From Mycobacterium tuberculosis H37Rv (lineage in GTDB: Bacteria; Actinomycetota; Actinomycetes; Mycobacteriales; Mycobacteriaceae): a stretch of 32,000 bases of DNA. Shown in pieces: positions 17,057 through 24,984 of the stretch. How positions within the stretch are numbered: position 1 is the first letter of the stretch; the number at the start of each line of letters is the position of its first letter. The stretch lies in assembly GCF_000195955.2 (NCBI RefSeq), contig NC_000962.3, positions 4,200,001-4,232,000 on the forward strand. The letters run 5' to 3'. Below the pieces are notes generated by a model. It was not told the origin of the DNA. It did not search any database and worked only from the letters and a program-made list of their open reading frames with translations. A program made the translations under genes and the position numbers.

Positions 17057-17121
17057 ATGGACTTCCCGAGAGTACCCGGACTCCCCGAGCCGCCGGAGGC
17101 CTAGCGTACACAGCCGCCACA

Positions 17122-17127
17122 TATGCT
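17122..17127 (+). promoter_or_regulatory. Candidate -10 hexamer (TATGCT) for leaderless hisC2
   Basis: A TANNNT hexamer ends 6 nt before GTG 17134 and there is no Shine-Dalgarno. Confidence 0.4.
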
Positions 17128-17133
17128 GTCGAC

Positions 17134-18195
17134 GTGACCGCCCGCCTGCGACCCGAGCTGGCTGGGCTGCCGGTTTATGTGCCCGGCAAAACGGTGCCGG
17201 GCGCCATCAAGCTGGCCAGCAACGAAACCGTGTTCGGCCCGCTGCCCAGCGTCCGTGCCGCCATCGACCGGGCTACCGACACGGTCAACCGCTACCCCGA
17301 CAACGGCTGCGTGCAGCTCAAGGCCGCGCTGGCCCGGCATCTTGGCCCGGACTTCGCTCCCGAGCACGTCGCCGTCGGTTGCGGCTCGGTCAGCCTCTGC
17401 CAGCAACTCGTTCAGGTCACCGCCTCGGTTGGTGACGAAGTGGTCTTCGGCTGGCGCAGCTTTGAGCTCTATCCACCACAGGTCCGGGTCGCCGGCGCTA
17501 TCCCCATCCAGGTGCCGTTGACCGACCACACGTTCGACCTCTACGCCATGCTCGCCACGGTCACCGACCGCACCCGGCTGATCTTCGTGTGCAACCCCAA
17601 CAATCCGACCTCCACCGTCGTCGGTCCGGACGCGCTGGCCCGCTTCGTCGAGGCGGTTCCGGCGCACATCCTGATCGCCATCGACGAGGCGTATGTGGAG
17701 TACATCCGGGACGGCATGCGGCCCGACAGCTTAGGCCTGGTTCGCGCACACAACAATGTCGTTGTGCTGCGTACGTTTTCGAAAGCGTACGGCCTGGCGG
17801 GGTTGCGGATCGGCTACGCGATCGGCCACCCCGACGTCATAACCGCGCTGGACAAGGTCTACGTGCCATTTACCGTGTCGAGTATCGGGCAGGCCGCGGC
17901 CATCGCGTCCCTGGACGCCGCCGACGAGCTGCTGGCCCGTACCGACACCGTGGTTGCCGAGCGCGCCCGCGTCAGCGCCGAGTTGCGTGCTGCCGGGTTC
18001 ACGCTGCCGCCATCGCAGGCCAACTTTGTCTGGCTTCCGCTGGGATCCCGCACCCAAGACTTCGTGGAGCAGGCCGCCGATGCACGCATCGTGGTCCGCC
18101 CGTACGGCACGGATGGCGTTCGGGTCACCGTCGCCGCACCAGAGGAGAACGACGCGTTCCTGCGGTTCGCCCGCCGCTGGCGGAGCGACCAATGA
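17134..18195 (+). CDS. hisC2: Histidinol-phosphate/aromatic aminotransferase HisC2
   Basis: 353-aa class I/II aminotransferase. PLP-lysine motif RTFSKAYGLAGLRIGY. NPNNPT motif. Confidence 0.9.
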   Translation: MTARLRPELAGLPVYVPGKTVPGAIKLASNETVFGPLPSVRAAIDRATDTVNRYPDNGCVQLKAALARHLGPDFAPEHVAVGCGSVSLCQQLVQVTASVGDEVVFGWRSFELYPPQVRVAGAIPIQVPLTDHTFDLYAMLATVTDRTRLIFVCNPNNPTSTVVGPDALARFVEAVPAHILIAIDEAYVEYIRDGMRPDSLGLVRAHNNVVVLRTFSKAYGLAGLRIGYAIGHPDVITALDKVYVPFTVSSIGQAAAIASLDAADELLARTDTVVAERARVSAELRAAGFTLPPSQANFVWLPLGSRTQDFVEQAADARIVVRPYGTDGVRVTVAAPEENDAFLRFARRWRSDQ

Positions 18196-18229
18196 GCGTG
18201 GCCCGTAAGAAAATTCGACGCCCACGCTC
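18194..18229. terminator. Candidate bidirectional hairpin between the convergent hisC2 and 18241 genes
   Basis: GAGCGTGG (18194-18201) pairs with CCACGCTC (18222-18229), giving an 8-bp stem with a 20-nt loop. There is no U-tract, as is common in mycobacteria. Confidence 0.3.
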
Positions 18230-18240
18230 GAGCGTCACGG

Positions 18241-18825
18241 CTATCTGGCCGGGTTGCGGCCGGTGAACGCGATCAGCCGCTCCAGCGCCCCGCCATCTTC
18301 CGGCACGTCGACCGGTTCATTGAAACCGGCCACACTACGTTCCTCCGGCTTGATGAGCTTTCGTGCCAGCTCTAGGACGTATTCGGCCAACGAATCGGCA
18401 GCCTTCAGCTCACTCCCGACGGCGACCGCGTAATCCCAGGCGTGCACCAGAAATTCGACCGAGAAGACCGAGACGGCAACCTTGGCCGACATCGAGCCGG
18501 GACCCAGCGATACGTCTCCTTCCAGACCGTGACGGTGCCAGGCGTCCAGGGCCGAACGGGCGGCGCCGCTCACCAGGCGCTCCACAGAGTCAATGTCCGC
18601 ACGCAGTGAGAATTCCGCGCCGACCATGCCGCCGAGGACCATGATTGAGTTGAGCAAATGCTCGGTTAGTTTTTTCACGTCGTACCCCGGGCACGGTGTC
18701 TGCTTGGCCTTGTCCTGGCGGCCGATGGTGTGCAGCACTTGCTGCAGCACCTGCAGCGCGGCTTCCGCGCACGCCAGCTCGTCGGTCGGTGGGGAATCTG
18801 GTCCGGGTCGCGATTCAGGCGGCAT
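18241..18825 (-). CDS. DinB/MDMPI-like metal-binding protein (TIGR03086-type, Rv3773c-like)
   Basis: LTEHLLNSI ... FLVHAWDYAVAVG pattern. ATG 18825 is preferred over GTG 18834 because a TAGCGT -10 ends 7 nt upstream of it. Confidence 0.8.
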   Translation of the reverse strand: MPPESRPGPDSPPTDELACAEAALQVLQQVLHTIGRQDKAKQTPCPGYDVKKLTEHLLNSIMVLGGMVGAEFSLRADIDSVERLVSGAARSALDAWHRHGLEGDVSLGPGSMSAKVAVSVFSVEFLVHAWDYAVAVGSELKAADSLAEYVLELARKLIKPEERSVAGFNEPVDVPEDGGALERLIAFTGRNPAR

Positions 18826-18832
18826 ACTGGCC

Positions 18833-18842
18833 ACGCTACGGT
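18833..18842. promoter_or_regulatory. Two overlapping divergent -10 hexamers: TACGGT on the plus strand (18837-18842) and TAGCGT on the minus strand (18833-18838)
   Basis: Each TANNNT hexamer ends 6-7 nt from its start codon (echA21 ATG 18849; minus-strand ATG 18825). The two starts are only 23 bp apart. Confidence 0.45.
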
Positions 18843-18848
18843 CTGGGC

Positions 18849-19673
18849 ATGGGCGAAACCTACGAATCCGTCACCGTCGAAACCAAGGACCAGGTCGCGC
18901 AGGTGACGCTGATCGGGCCGGGCAAGGGCAACGCGATGGGGCCCGCATTCTGGTCGGAGATGCCCGAGGTGTTCCATGCCCTGGACGCCGACCGTGAGGT
19001 GCGGGCCATCGTCATCACCGGATCGGGCAAGAACTTCAGCTACGGCCTGGACGTACCGGCCATGGGCGGAATGTTCGCCCCGTTGATCGCCGACGGCGCG
19101 CTGGCCCGCCCACGCACGGACTTCCACACCGAAATACTGCGCATGCAGAAGGCGATCAACGCCGTCGCCGACTGCCGCACCCCCACGATCGCGGCCGTCC
19201 AGGGTTGGTGCATCGGCGGCGCCGTCGACCTGATCTCCGCGGTCGACATCCGGTATGCCAGCGCCGACGCGAAGTTCTCGGTGCGCGAGGTCAAGCTAGC
19301 GATTGTTGCCGACATGGGCAGCCTGGCGCGCCTTCCACTAATCCTGAGCGACGGCCATCTACGAGAACTCGCGCTGACCGGCAAAAATATCGACGCGGCC
19401 CGCGCCGAGAAGATCGGCCTGGTCAACGACGTCTACGATGACGCCGACCAGACGCTGGCCGCGGCCCACGCGACTGCCGCCGAGATCGCCGCCAACCCAC
19501 CTTTGGCGGTCTACGGCATCAAGGACGTTCTCGACCAACAACGCACGTCCGCCGTCTCGGAGAACCTGCGCTATGTCGCCGCCTGGAACGCCGCGTTTCT
19601 GCCGTCCAAGGACCTCACCGAAGGTATTTCCGCGACGTTCGCCAAGCGCCCGCCCCAGTTCACCGGCGAGTAG
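18849..19673 (+). CDS. echA21: Enoyl-CoA hydratase/isomerase EchA21
   Basis: 274-aa crotonase fold (AAVQGWCIGGAVDLISAVDIRYAS). ATG 18849. Confidence 0.9.
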   Translation: MGETYESVTVETKDQVAQVTLIGPGKGNAMGPAFWSEMPEVFHALDADREVRAIVITGSGKNFSYGLDVPAMGGMFAPLIADGALARPRTDFHTEILRMQKAINAVADCRTPTIAAVQGWCIGGAVDLISAVDIRYASADAKFSVREVKLAIVADMGSLARLPLILSDGHLRELALTGKNIDAARAEKIGLVNDVYDDADQTLAAAHATAAEIAANPPLAVYGIKDVLDQQRTSAVSENLRYVAAWNAAFLPSKDLTEGISATFAKRPPQFTGE

Positions 19674-19684
19674 ACCCGGCGACC

Positions 19685-20932
19685 ATGCGCGCTGGCGACG
19701 GCAAGATCCGTGTCCCGGCCGACCTAGACGCCGTCACGGCAACCGGCGAAGAGGACCACTCCGAAATCGACGGTGCGGCCGTCGACCGGATCTGGCGGGC
19801 CGCACGCCATTGGTATCGGGCCGGTATGCATCCCGCGATCCAGTTGTGCATTCGGCACCATGGGCGGGTCGTGCTCAACCGCGCGATCGGGCACGGCTGG
19901 GGCAACGCCCCCACCGATGAGGCCGATGCCGAGAAGATCCCGGTGACGACTGACACCCCGTTCTGCGTGTACTCGGCGGCCAAGGCGATCACGGCGACCG
20001 TTGTACACATGCTCGTCGAGCGCGGACACTTCGCGCTCGACGACCGCGTCTGCGAGTACCTGCCCTCCTACACCAGTCATGGCAAGCACCGCACCACGAT
20101 CCGGCACGTGCTGACCCACAGCGCAGGCGTCCCGTTTCCCACCGGGCCCCGACCCGACGTCAGACGCGCGGACGACCATGAATACGCGGTGGAAAGGCTC
20201 GGCGAACTACGGCCGCTATATCGGCCCGGACTGGTACACATCTACCACGCGCTGACCTGGGGTCCGTTGATGCGTGAGATCGTCTACGCGGCCACCGGCA
20301 AGGAAATCCGCGAGATCCTGGCCACCGAGATCCTCGACCCGCTGGGCTTTCGGTGGACCAACTTCGGCGTCGCCGAGCGCGATGTGCCGCTGGTCGCGCC
20401 CAGTCACGCCACCGGGCGGCAGCTGCCGCCGGTGATCGCCGCGGTGTTCCGCAAGGCGATCGGCGGAACCGTGCACGAGATCATCCCCTATACGAACACC
20501 CCGTTCTTCCTCAGCACCATCCTCCCGTCGTCCAACACTGTGTCAACGGCCAACGAGCTGTCCCGCTTTATGGAAATCCTGCGCCGCGGTGGCGAACTCG
20601 ACGGTGTTCGTGTACTGAGTCCCGAGACGCTGCGCGGCGCGGTGACGGAATGCCGGCGCTTGCGACCGGACTTCGCCACCGGGCTGATGCCGCTTCGCTG
20701 GGGCACCGGGTTCATGCTGGGGTCCGCCAAGTACGGGCCGTTCGGGCGCAACGCGCCGGCGGCATTCGGCCATCTCGGTCTGGTCAACATTGCGGTTTGG
20801 GCCGACCCCGAACGAGCTCTGTCGGGCGGTTTGATCAGTAGCGGCAAACCCGGTAGGGACCCCGAGGCTGGGCGCTACGGCGCCCTGCTGAACGCCATTA
20901 CCGCCGAAATACCACGGGCATCGTCGGGCTGA
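19685..20932 (+). CDS. lipE: Beta-lactamase-family esterase/lipase LipE
   Basis: 415 aa. Ser-x-x-Lys nucleophile motif in FCVYSAAKAIT. Starts 11 nt after the echA21 stop. Confidence 0.9.
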   Translation: MRAGDGKIRVPADLDAVTATGEEDHSEIDGAAVDRIWRAARHWYRAGMHPAIQLCIRHHGRVVLNRAIGHGWGNAPTDEADAEKIPVTTDTPFCVYSAAKAITATVVHMLVERGHFALDDRVCEYLPSYTSHGKHRTTIRHVLTHSAGVPFPTGPRPDVRRADDHEYAVERLGELRPLYRPGLVHIYHALTWGPLMREIVYAATGKEIREILATEILDPLGFRWTNFGVAERDVPLVAPSHATGRQLPPVIAAVFRKAIGGTVHEIIPYTNTPFFLSTILPSSNTVSTANELSRFMEILRRGGELDGVRVLSPETLRGAVTECRRLRPDFATGLMPLRWGTGFMLGSAKYGPFGRNAPAAFGHLGLVNIAVWADPERALSGGLISSGKPGRDPEAGRYGALLNAITAEIPRASSG

Positions 20933-21075
20933 TCTGCCCACGAGCACGCCACGCCGCCCTAACCGAGCCGGACGGCTTTGTCGTGCCGGTCACATGTCGG
21001 CCTGTTGCCTTATGTCAAGATGCGCCGCCGTACGCGCGCATTATCAACGAGTCAACGTGGTCGGTGCAGACCTGC

Positions 21076-21081
21076 TATACT
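21076..21081 (+). promoter_or_regulatory. Candidate -10 hexamer (TATACT) for a leaderless DUF222-HNH gene
   Basis: The TANNNT hexamer ends 7 nt before ATG 21089. Confidence 0.4.
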
Positions 21082-21088
21082 CGAACGT

Positions 21089-22648
21089 ATGTTCGAGATA
21101 TCGTTGTCGGACCCGGTGGAGCTGCGCGATGCCGACGATGCCGCGCTGCTTGCCGCAATCGAGGACTGCGCGCGTGCCGAGGTGGCCGCCGGCGCCCGCC
21201 GCCTGTCAGCGATCGCCGAACTCACCAGCCGGCGCACCGGCAATGACCAGCGGGCCGACTGGGCGTGCGACGGCTGGGACTGCGCGGCCGCCGAGGTGGC
21301 CGCCGCACTGACCGTAAGCCACCGTAAGGCCTCCGGGCAGATGCATCTGAGCCTCACCCTAAACCGACTGCCCCAGGTGGCGGCGTTGTTTTTGGCCGGG
21401 CAGCTCAGCGCGCGGCTGGTGTCGATCATCGCCTGGCGCACCTACCTGGTTCGCGACCCCGAAGCGCTGAGTCTGCTCGATGCCGCCCTCGCCAAACACG
21501 CCACAGCGTGGGGTCCGCTGTCGGCCCCCAAACTGGAAAAGGCTATCGACTCCTGGATTGATCGGTACGATCCCGCCGCACTGCGACGCACCCGTATCTC
21601 GGCCCGCAGCCGCGACCTGTGCATCGGTGATCCCGACGAAGATGCCGGCACCGCCGCACTATGGGGCCGGTTGTTTGCCACCGACGCCGCCATGCTGGAT
21701 AAGCGCCTCACCCAGCTGGCCCACGGCGTCTGCGACGACGATCCCCGAACCATCGCCCAGCGGCGCGCCGATGCGCTGGGCGCGCTGGCCGCCGGCGCTG
21801 ATCGGCTTACCTGCGGCTGCGGTAATTCCGACTGCCCATCCAGTGCCGGCAACCACCGGCAGGCAACCGGTGTGGTCATCCACGTCGTCGCCGACGCGGC
21901 AGCACTAGGCGCTGCACCTGACCCACGCCTATCCGGCCCGGAACCCGCGTTGGCACCCGAAGCACCCGCCACCCCGGCGGTCAAGCCGCCGGCCGCGCTG
22001 ATCAGCGGCGGGGGTGTGGTGCCCGCGCCACTGCTGGCCGAGCTGATCCGCGGTGGGGCCGCCCTCAGCCGCATGCGCCATCCCGGCGATCTGCGATCGG
22101 AGCCGCACTACCGGCCGTCGGCCAAGCTGGCCGAATTCGTCCGGATCCGAGACATGACCTGCCGATTCCCCGGCTGCGACCAGCCCACCGAATTCTGCGA
22201 CATCGACCACACACTGCCCTACCCACTCGGGCCCACCCACCCGTCCAACCTGAAATGCCTCTGCCGCAAACACCACCTTCTCAAGACCTTCTGGACCGGC
22301 TGGCGTGATGTGCAACTGCCCGACGGCACCATCATCTGGACCGCGCCCAACGGCCACACCTACACCACTCATCCCGACAGCCGAATCTTCTTACCTAGCT
22401 GGCACACCACCACCGCCGCACTACCCCCAGCACCATCCCCGCCAGCCATTGGTCCCACTCACACCCTGCTGATGCCACGACGGCGCCGGACCCGAGCGGC
22501 CGAGCTGGCCCACCGCATTAAACGCGAACGCGCCCACGTCACCCAACGCAACAAGCCACCCCCAAGCGGCGGGGATACAGCGGTGGCGGAGGGATTTGAA
22601 CCCCCGGACGGTGTTAGCCGTCTCTCGCTTTCAAGGCGAGTGCATTAG
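21089..22648 (+). CDS. DUF222 plus HNH endonuclease protein, 13E12-repeat-family type (Rv3776-like)
   Basis: The N-terminus [31 protein letters not shown]... is typical of the family. HNH motif [21 protein letters not shown]...[10 protein letters not shown]. The last ~22 codons are antisense to tRNA-Ser. Confidence 0.85.
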   Translation: MFEISLSDPVELRDADDAALLAAIEDCARAEVAAGARRLSAIAELTSRRTGNDQRADWACDGWDCAAAEVAAALTVSHRKASGQMHLSLTLNRLPQVAALFLAGQLSARLVSIIAWRTYLVRDPEALSLLDAALAKHATAWGPLSAPKLEKAIDSWIDRYDPAALRRTRISARSRDLCIGDPDEDAGTAALWGRLFATDAAMLDKRLTQLAHGVCDDDPRTIAQRRADALGALAAGADRLTCGCGNSDCPSSAGNHRQATGVVIHVVADAAALGAAPDPRLSGPEPALAPEAPATPAVKPPAALISGGGVVPAPLLAELIRGGAALSRMRHPGDLRSEPHYRPSAKLAEFVRIRDMTCRFPGCDQPTEFCDIDHTLPYPLGPTHPSNLKCLCRKHHLLKTFWTGWRDVQLPDGTIIWTAPNGHTYTTHPDSRIFLPSWHTTTAALPPAPSPPAIGPTHTLLMPRRRRTRAAELAHRIKRERAHVTQRNKPPPSGGDTAVAEGFEPPDGVSRLSLSRRVH

Positions 22649-22667
22649 GCCGCTCTGCCACGCCACC
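22581..22667 (-). tRNA. tRNA-Ser (anticodon UGA)
   Basis: 87 nt. Acceptor GGTGGCG/CGCCACC, anticodon stem CTCGC/GCGAG with loop CTTGAAA, long variable arm GACGG-CTAACA-CCGTC, T loop GGTTCAAATCC. Confidence 0.95.
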
Positions 22668-22693
22668 GCTGATAAGGGTAACGAGCCGGTAGC

Positions 22694-23680
22694 GTGACCA
22701 TCATGCGTGCCGTCGTCGCCGAATCCTCAGATCGACTGGTATGGCAGGAAGTCCCCGACGTGTCGGCTGGGCCGGGCGAAGTGCTCATCAAGGTTGCCGC
22801 TTCCGGTGTCAACCGCGCCGACGTGCTACAGGCCGCCGGCAAATATCCGCCGCCCCCGGGAGTAAGCGACATCATCGGCCTAGAGGTGAGCGGCATCGTC
22901 GCTGCGGTCGGTCCCGGGGTTACCGAATGGTCTGCCGGACAAGAGGTTTGCGCCTTGCTTGCCGGCGGCGGCTATGCCGAATACGTTGCCGTTCCGGCCG
23001 ACCAGGTGCTGCCGATTCCGCCGAGCGTCAACCTGGTCGACTCAGCCGCCCTGCCCGAAGTGGCGTGCACGGTGTGGTCGAACCTGGTGATGACCGCTCA
23101 TCTGCGGCCGGGTCAGCTGGTGCTGATTCACGGCGGGGCCAGCGGCATCGGCAGCCACGCGATCCAGGTGGTCCGCGCCCTGGCAGCACGGGTGGCGATC
23201 ACCGCCGGCTCACCGGAGAAACTGGAGCTCTGTCGCGACCTGGGCGCCCAAATCACCATCAACTACCGCGACGAGGATTTCGTCGCGCGGCTGAAGCAAG
23301 AGACCGATGGTAGCGGCGCTGACATCATCCTCGACATCATGGGAGCGTCCTACCTGGACCGCAATATCGACGCGCTGGCCACCGACGGCCAGCTGATAGT
23401 CATTGGCATGCAGGGCGGGGTGAAGGCCGAGCTCAACCTGGGCAAGCTGCTCACCAAGCGGGCGCGCGTCATCGGTACCACGCTGCGGGCCCGGCCGGTC
23501 AGCGGCCCGCACGGCAAGGCGGCCATCGCCCAGGCGGTGGCGGCCTCGGTCTGGCCGATGATCGCCGCGAACCGGGTCCGGCCCGTCATCGGCACCCGGC
23601 TGCCCATCCAACAGGCGGCACAAGCGCATGAACTGATGTTGTCGGGCAAGACGTTCGGAAAGATTCTGCTGACGGTATAG
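22694..23680 (+). CDS. NADPH:quinone oxidoreductase (zeta-crystallin-like MDR family, Rv3777-like)
   Basis: 328-aa ORF. Cofactor loop IHGGASGIGSHAIQ. Ends GKTFGKILLTV. The alternative leaderless start ATG 22703 gives MRAVVAE... Confidence 0.9.
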   Translation: MTIMRAVVAESSDRLVWQEVPDVSAGPGEVLIKVAASGVNRADVLQAAGKYPPPPGVSDIIGLEVSGIVAAVGPGVTEWSAGQEVCALLAGGGYAEYVAVPADQVLPIPPSVNLVDSAALPEVACTVWSNLVMTAHLRPGQLVLIHGGASGIGSHAIQVVRALAARVAITAGSPEKLELCRDLGAQITINYRDEDFVARLKQETDGSGADIILDIMGASYLDRNIDALATDGQLIVIGMQGGVKAELNLGKLLTKRARVIGTTLRARPVSGPHGKAAIAQAVAASVWPMIAANRVRPVIGTRLPIQQAAQAHELMLSGKTFGKILLTV

Positions 23681-23698
23681 GCGAACCTCGCGGCCGGA

Positions 23699-24895
23699 TC
23701 AACCTAGCGACGCCAGCGCGCGCACCAGCTGGTCGACTTCGGCCATCGTCGAGTAATGCGCCAGCCCGACGGTGACCGCGCCGCCGACGTCGTTGACGCC
23801 CAGCACGTCGAGCACGCGTGAGCCGGTGTTGGCGATCGCGAGAATTCCGTTGTCCGCCAGCCGCTGCACCACGCGGTCAGCCGGCACCTTGTGGACCGCG
23901 AAGCTGACCACCGGTATCTGTGCTTCCGGGCGACCGATCAGCATCACCAATGGCAGCGAGCGCAACGACACCATCAGATAGTCGAAGACCCGGTTCAGGT
24001 ACGCGTCAGCAGATTGCATCGACACCGCTAGTCGTTCGCGTCTGCTGCCGCGAGCCGACTCGTCGAGCGCCGCCAGGTACTCAATGCTGGCGACCACACC
24101 AGCCAGCAGACCAAACTGGTGCACGCCGATCTCCAGGCGCGCCGGCCCGGTGGCATACGGATTGGTCGAAACCGATCCGAAGGAATTCATCACTGACGGG
24201 TCACGGAAAACCATCGCCCCAATCGGCGGACCACCCCAGGCATGCGCATTCACCGTCACCACGTCGGCGTCGGTTTCTCTGATATCGAGCAACCGATACG
24301 GCGCGGCCGCGGAATGGTCGACCACCACCAGTGCCCCCACGTCGTGCACCAGTTTGGTCATCGCCCGCAGATCGGTGACCCCGCCCAGCGTTCCGGATGC
24401 GGAGTTGACGGCGACCAGCCTGGTTGACTTGCTGATCAGGCTCTCCCACTGCCACGTCGGCAGCTCGCCGGTCTCGATGTCGACCTCGGCCCACTTAACC
24501 TTGGCGCCGTAGCGGTGCGCCGCCCGCAGCCACGGAGCGATGTTGGCCTCGTCGTCAAGACGACTGACGATCACTTCGTATCCCAGCCCGGCGCGTGAGG
24601 ACGACGCTTCGGCCAGCAACGACAGCAGCACCGCCCGGTCGGCGCCCAGCACCACGCCGCCCGGGTCAGCGTTGACCAGATCGGCCACCGCTTCACGGGC
24701 GGCGTCGAGTACCGCCGCGCTACGCCGCGCCGACGGGTGAGCACCCACTGTGCTAGCGCCCGACCGGCGGAAGGCCGTCGACACGGTGGTCGCGACGGAA
24801 TCGGGAATCAGCATTCCGGCCGGTGCATCGAAGTGCACCCATCCGTCACCCAGCGATGGGTGCAATCCGCGCACCCGGGCGACGTCGTATGCCAT
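23699..24895 (-). CDS. Class-V aminotransferase/cysteine desulfurase-fold protein that appears to lack the PLP lysine (Rv3778c-like)
   Basis: 398 aa from ATG 24895. A TAAGGT -10 ends 7 nt upstream. The fold order [10 protein letters not shown]...[22 protein letters not shown] aligns by eye with D-x-A-Q...SGHKxxGPxGxGxL, but shows HA where HK is expected. Confidence 0.85.
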
Positions 24896-24902
24896 GCCAG
24901 CC

Positions 24903-24908
24903 ACCTTA
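24903..24908 (-). promoter_or_regulatory. Candidate -10 hexamer (TAAGGT on the minus strand) for the leaderless 24895 gene
   Basis: The TANNNT hexamer ends 7 nt before ATG 24895. Confidence 0.4.
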
Positions 24909-24984
24909 GAACTCGGGTGTCCTAGACGTCCCAGCCCGCCCGGGCTTCCCTGAGCCATGTCACCCGGCCAGCCATACTAATCGA

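Noticed and set aside
21442-22074. A 210-aa minus-strand ORF and other frames inside the DUF222-HNH gene
   Set aside because: These are Ala/Ser/Arg-rich shadow frames. The plus frame carries the family N-terminus and the HNH motif.
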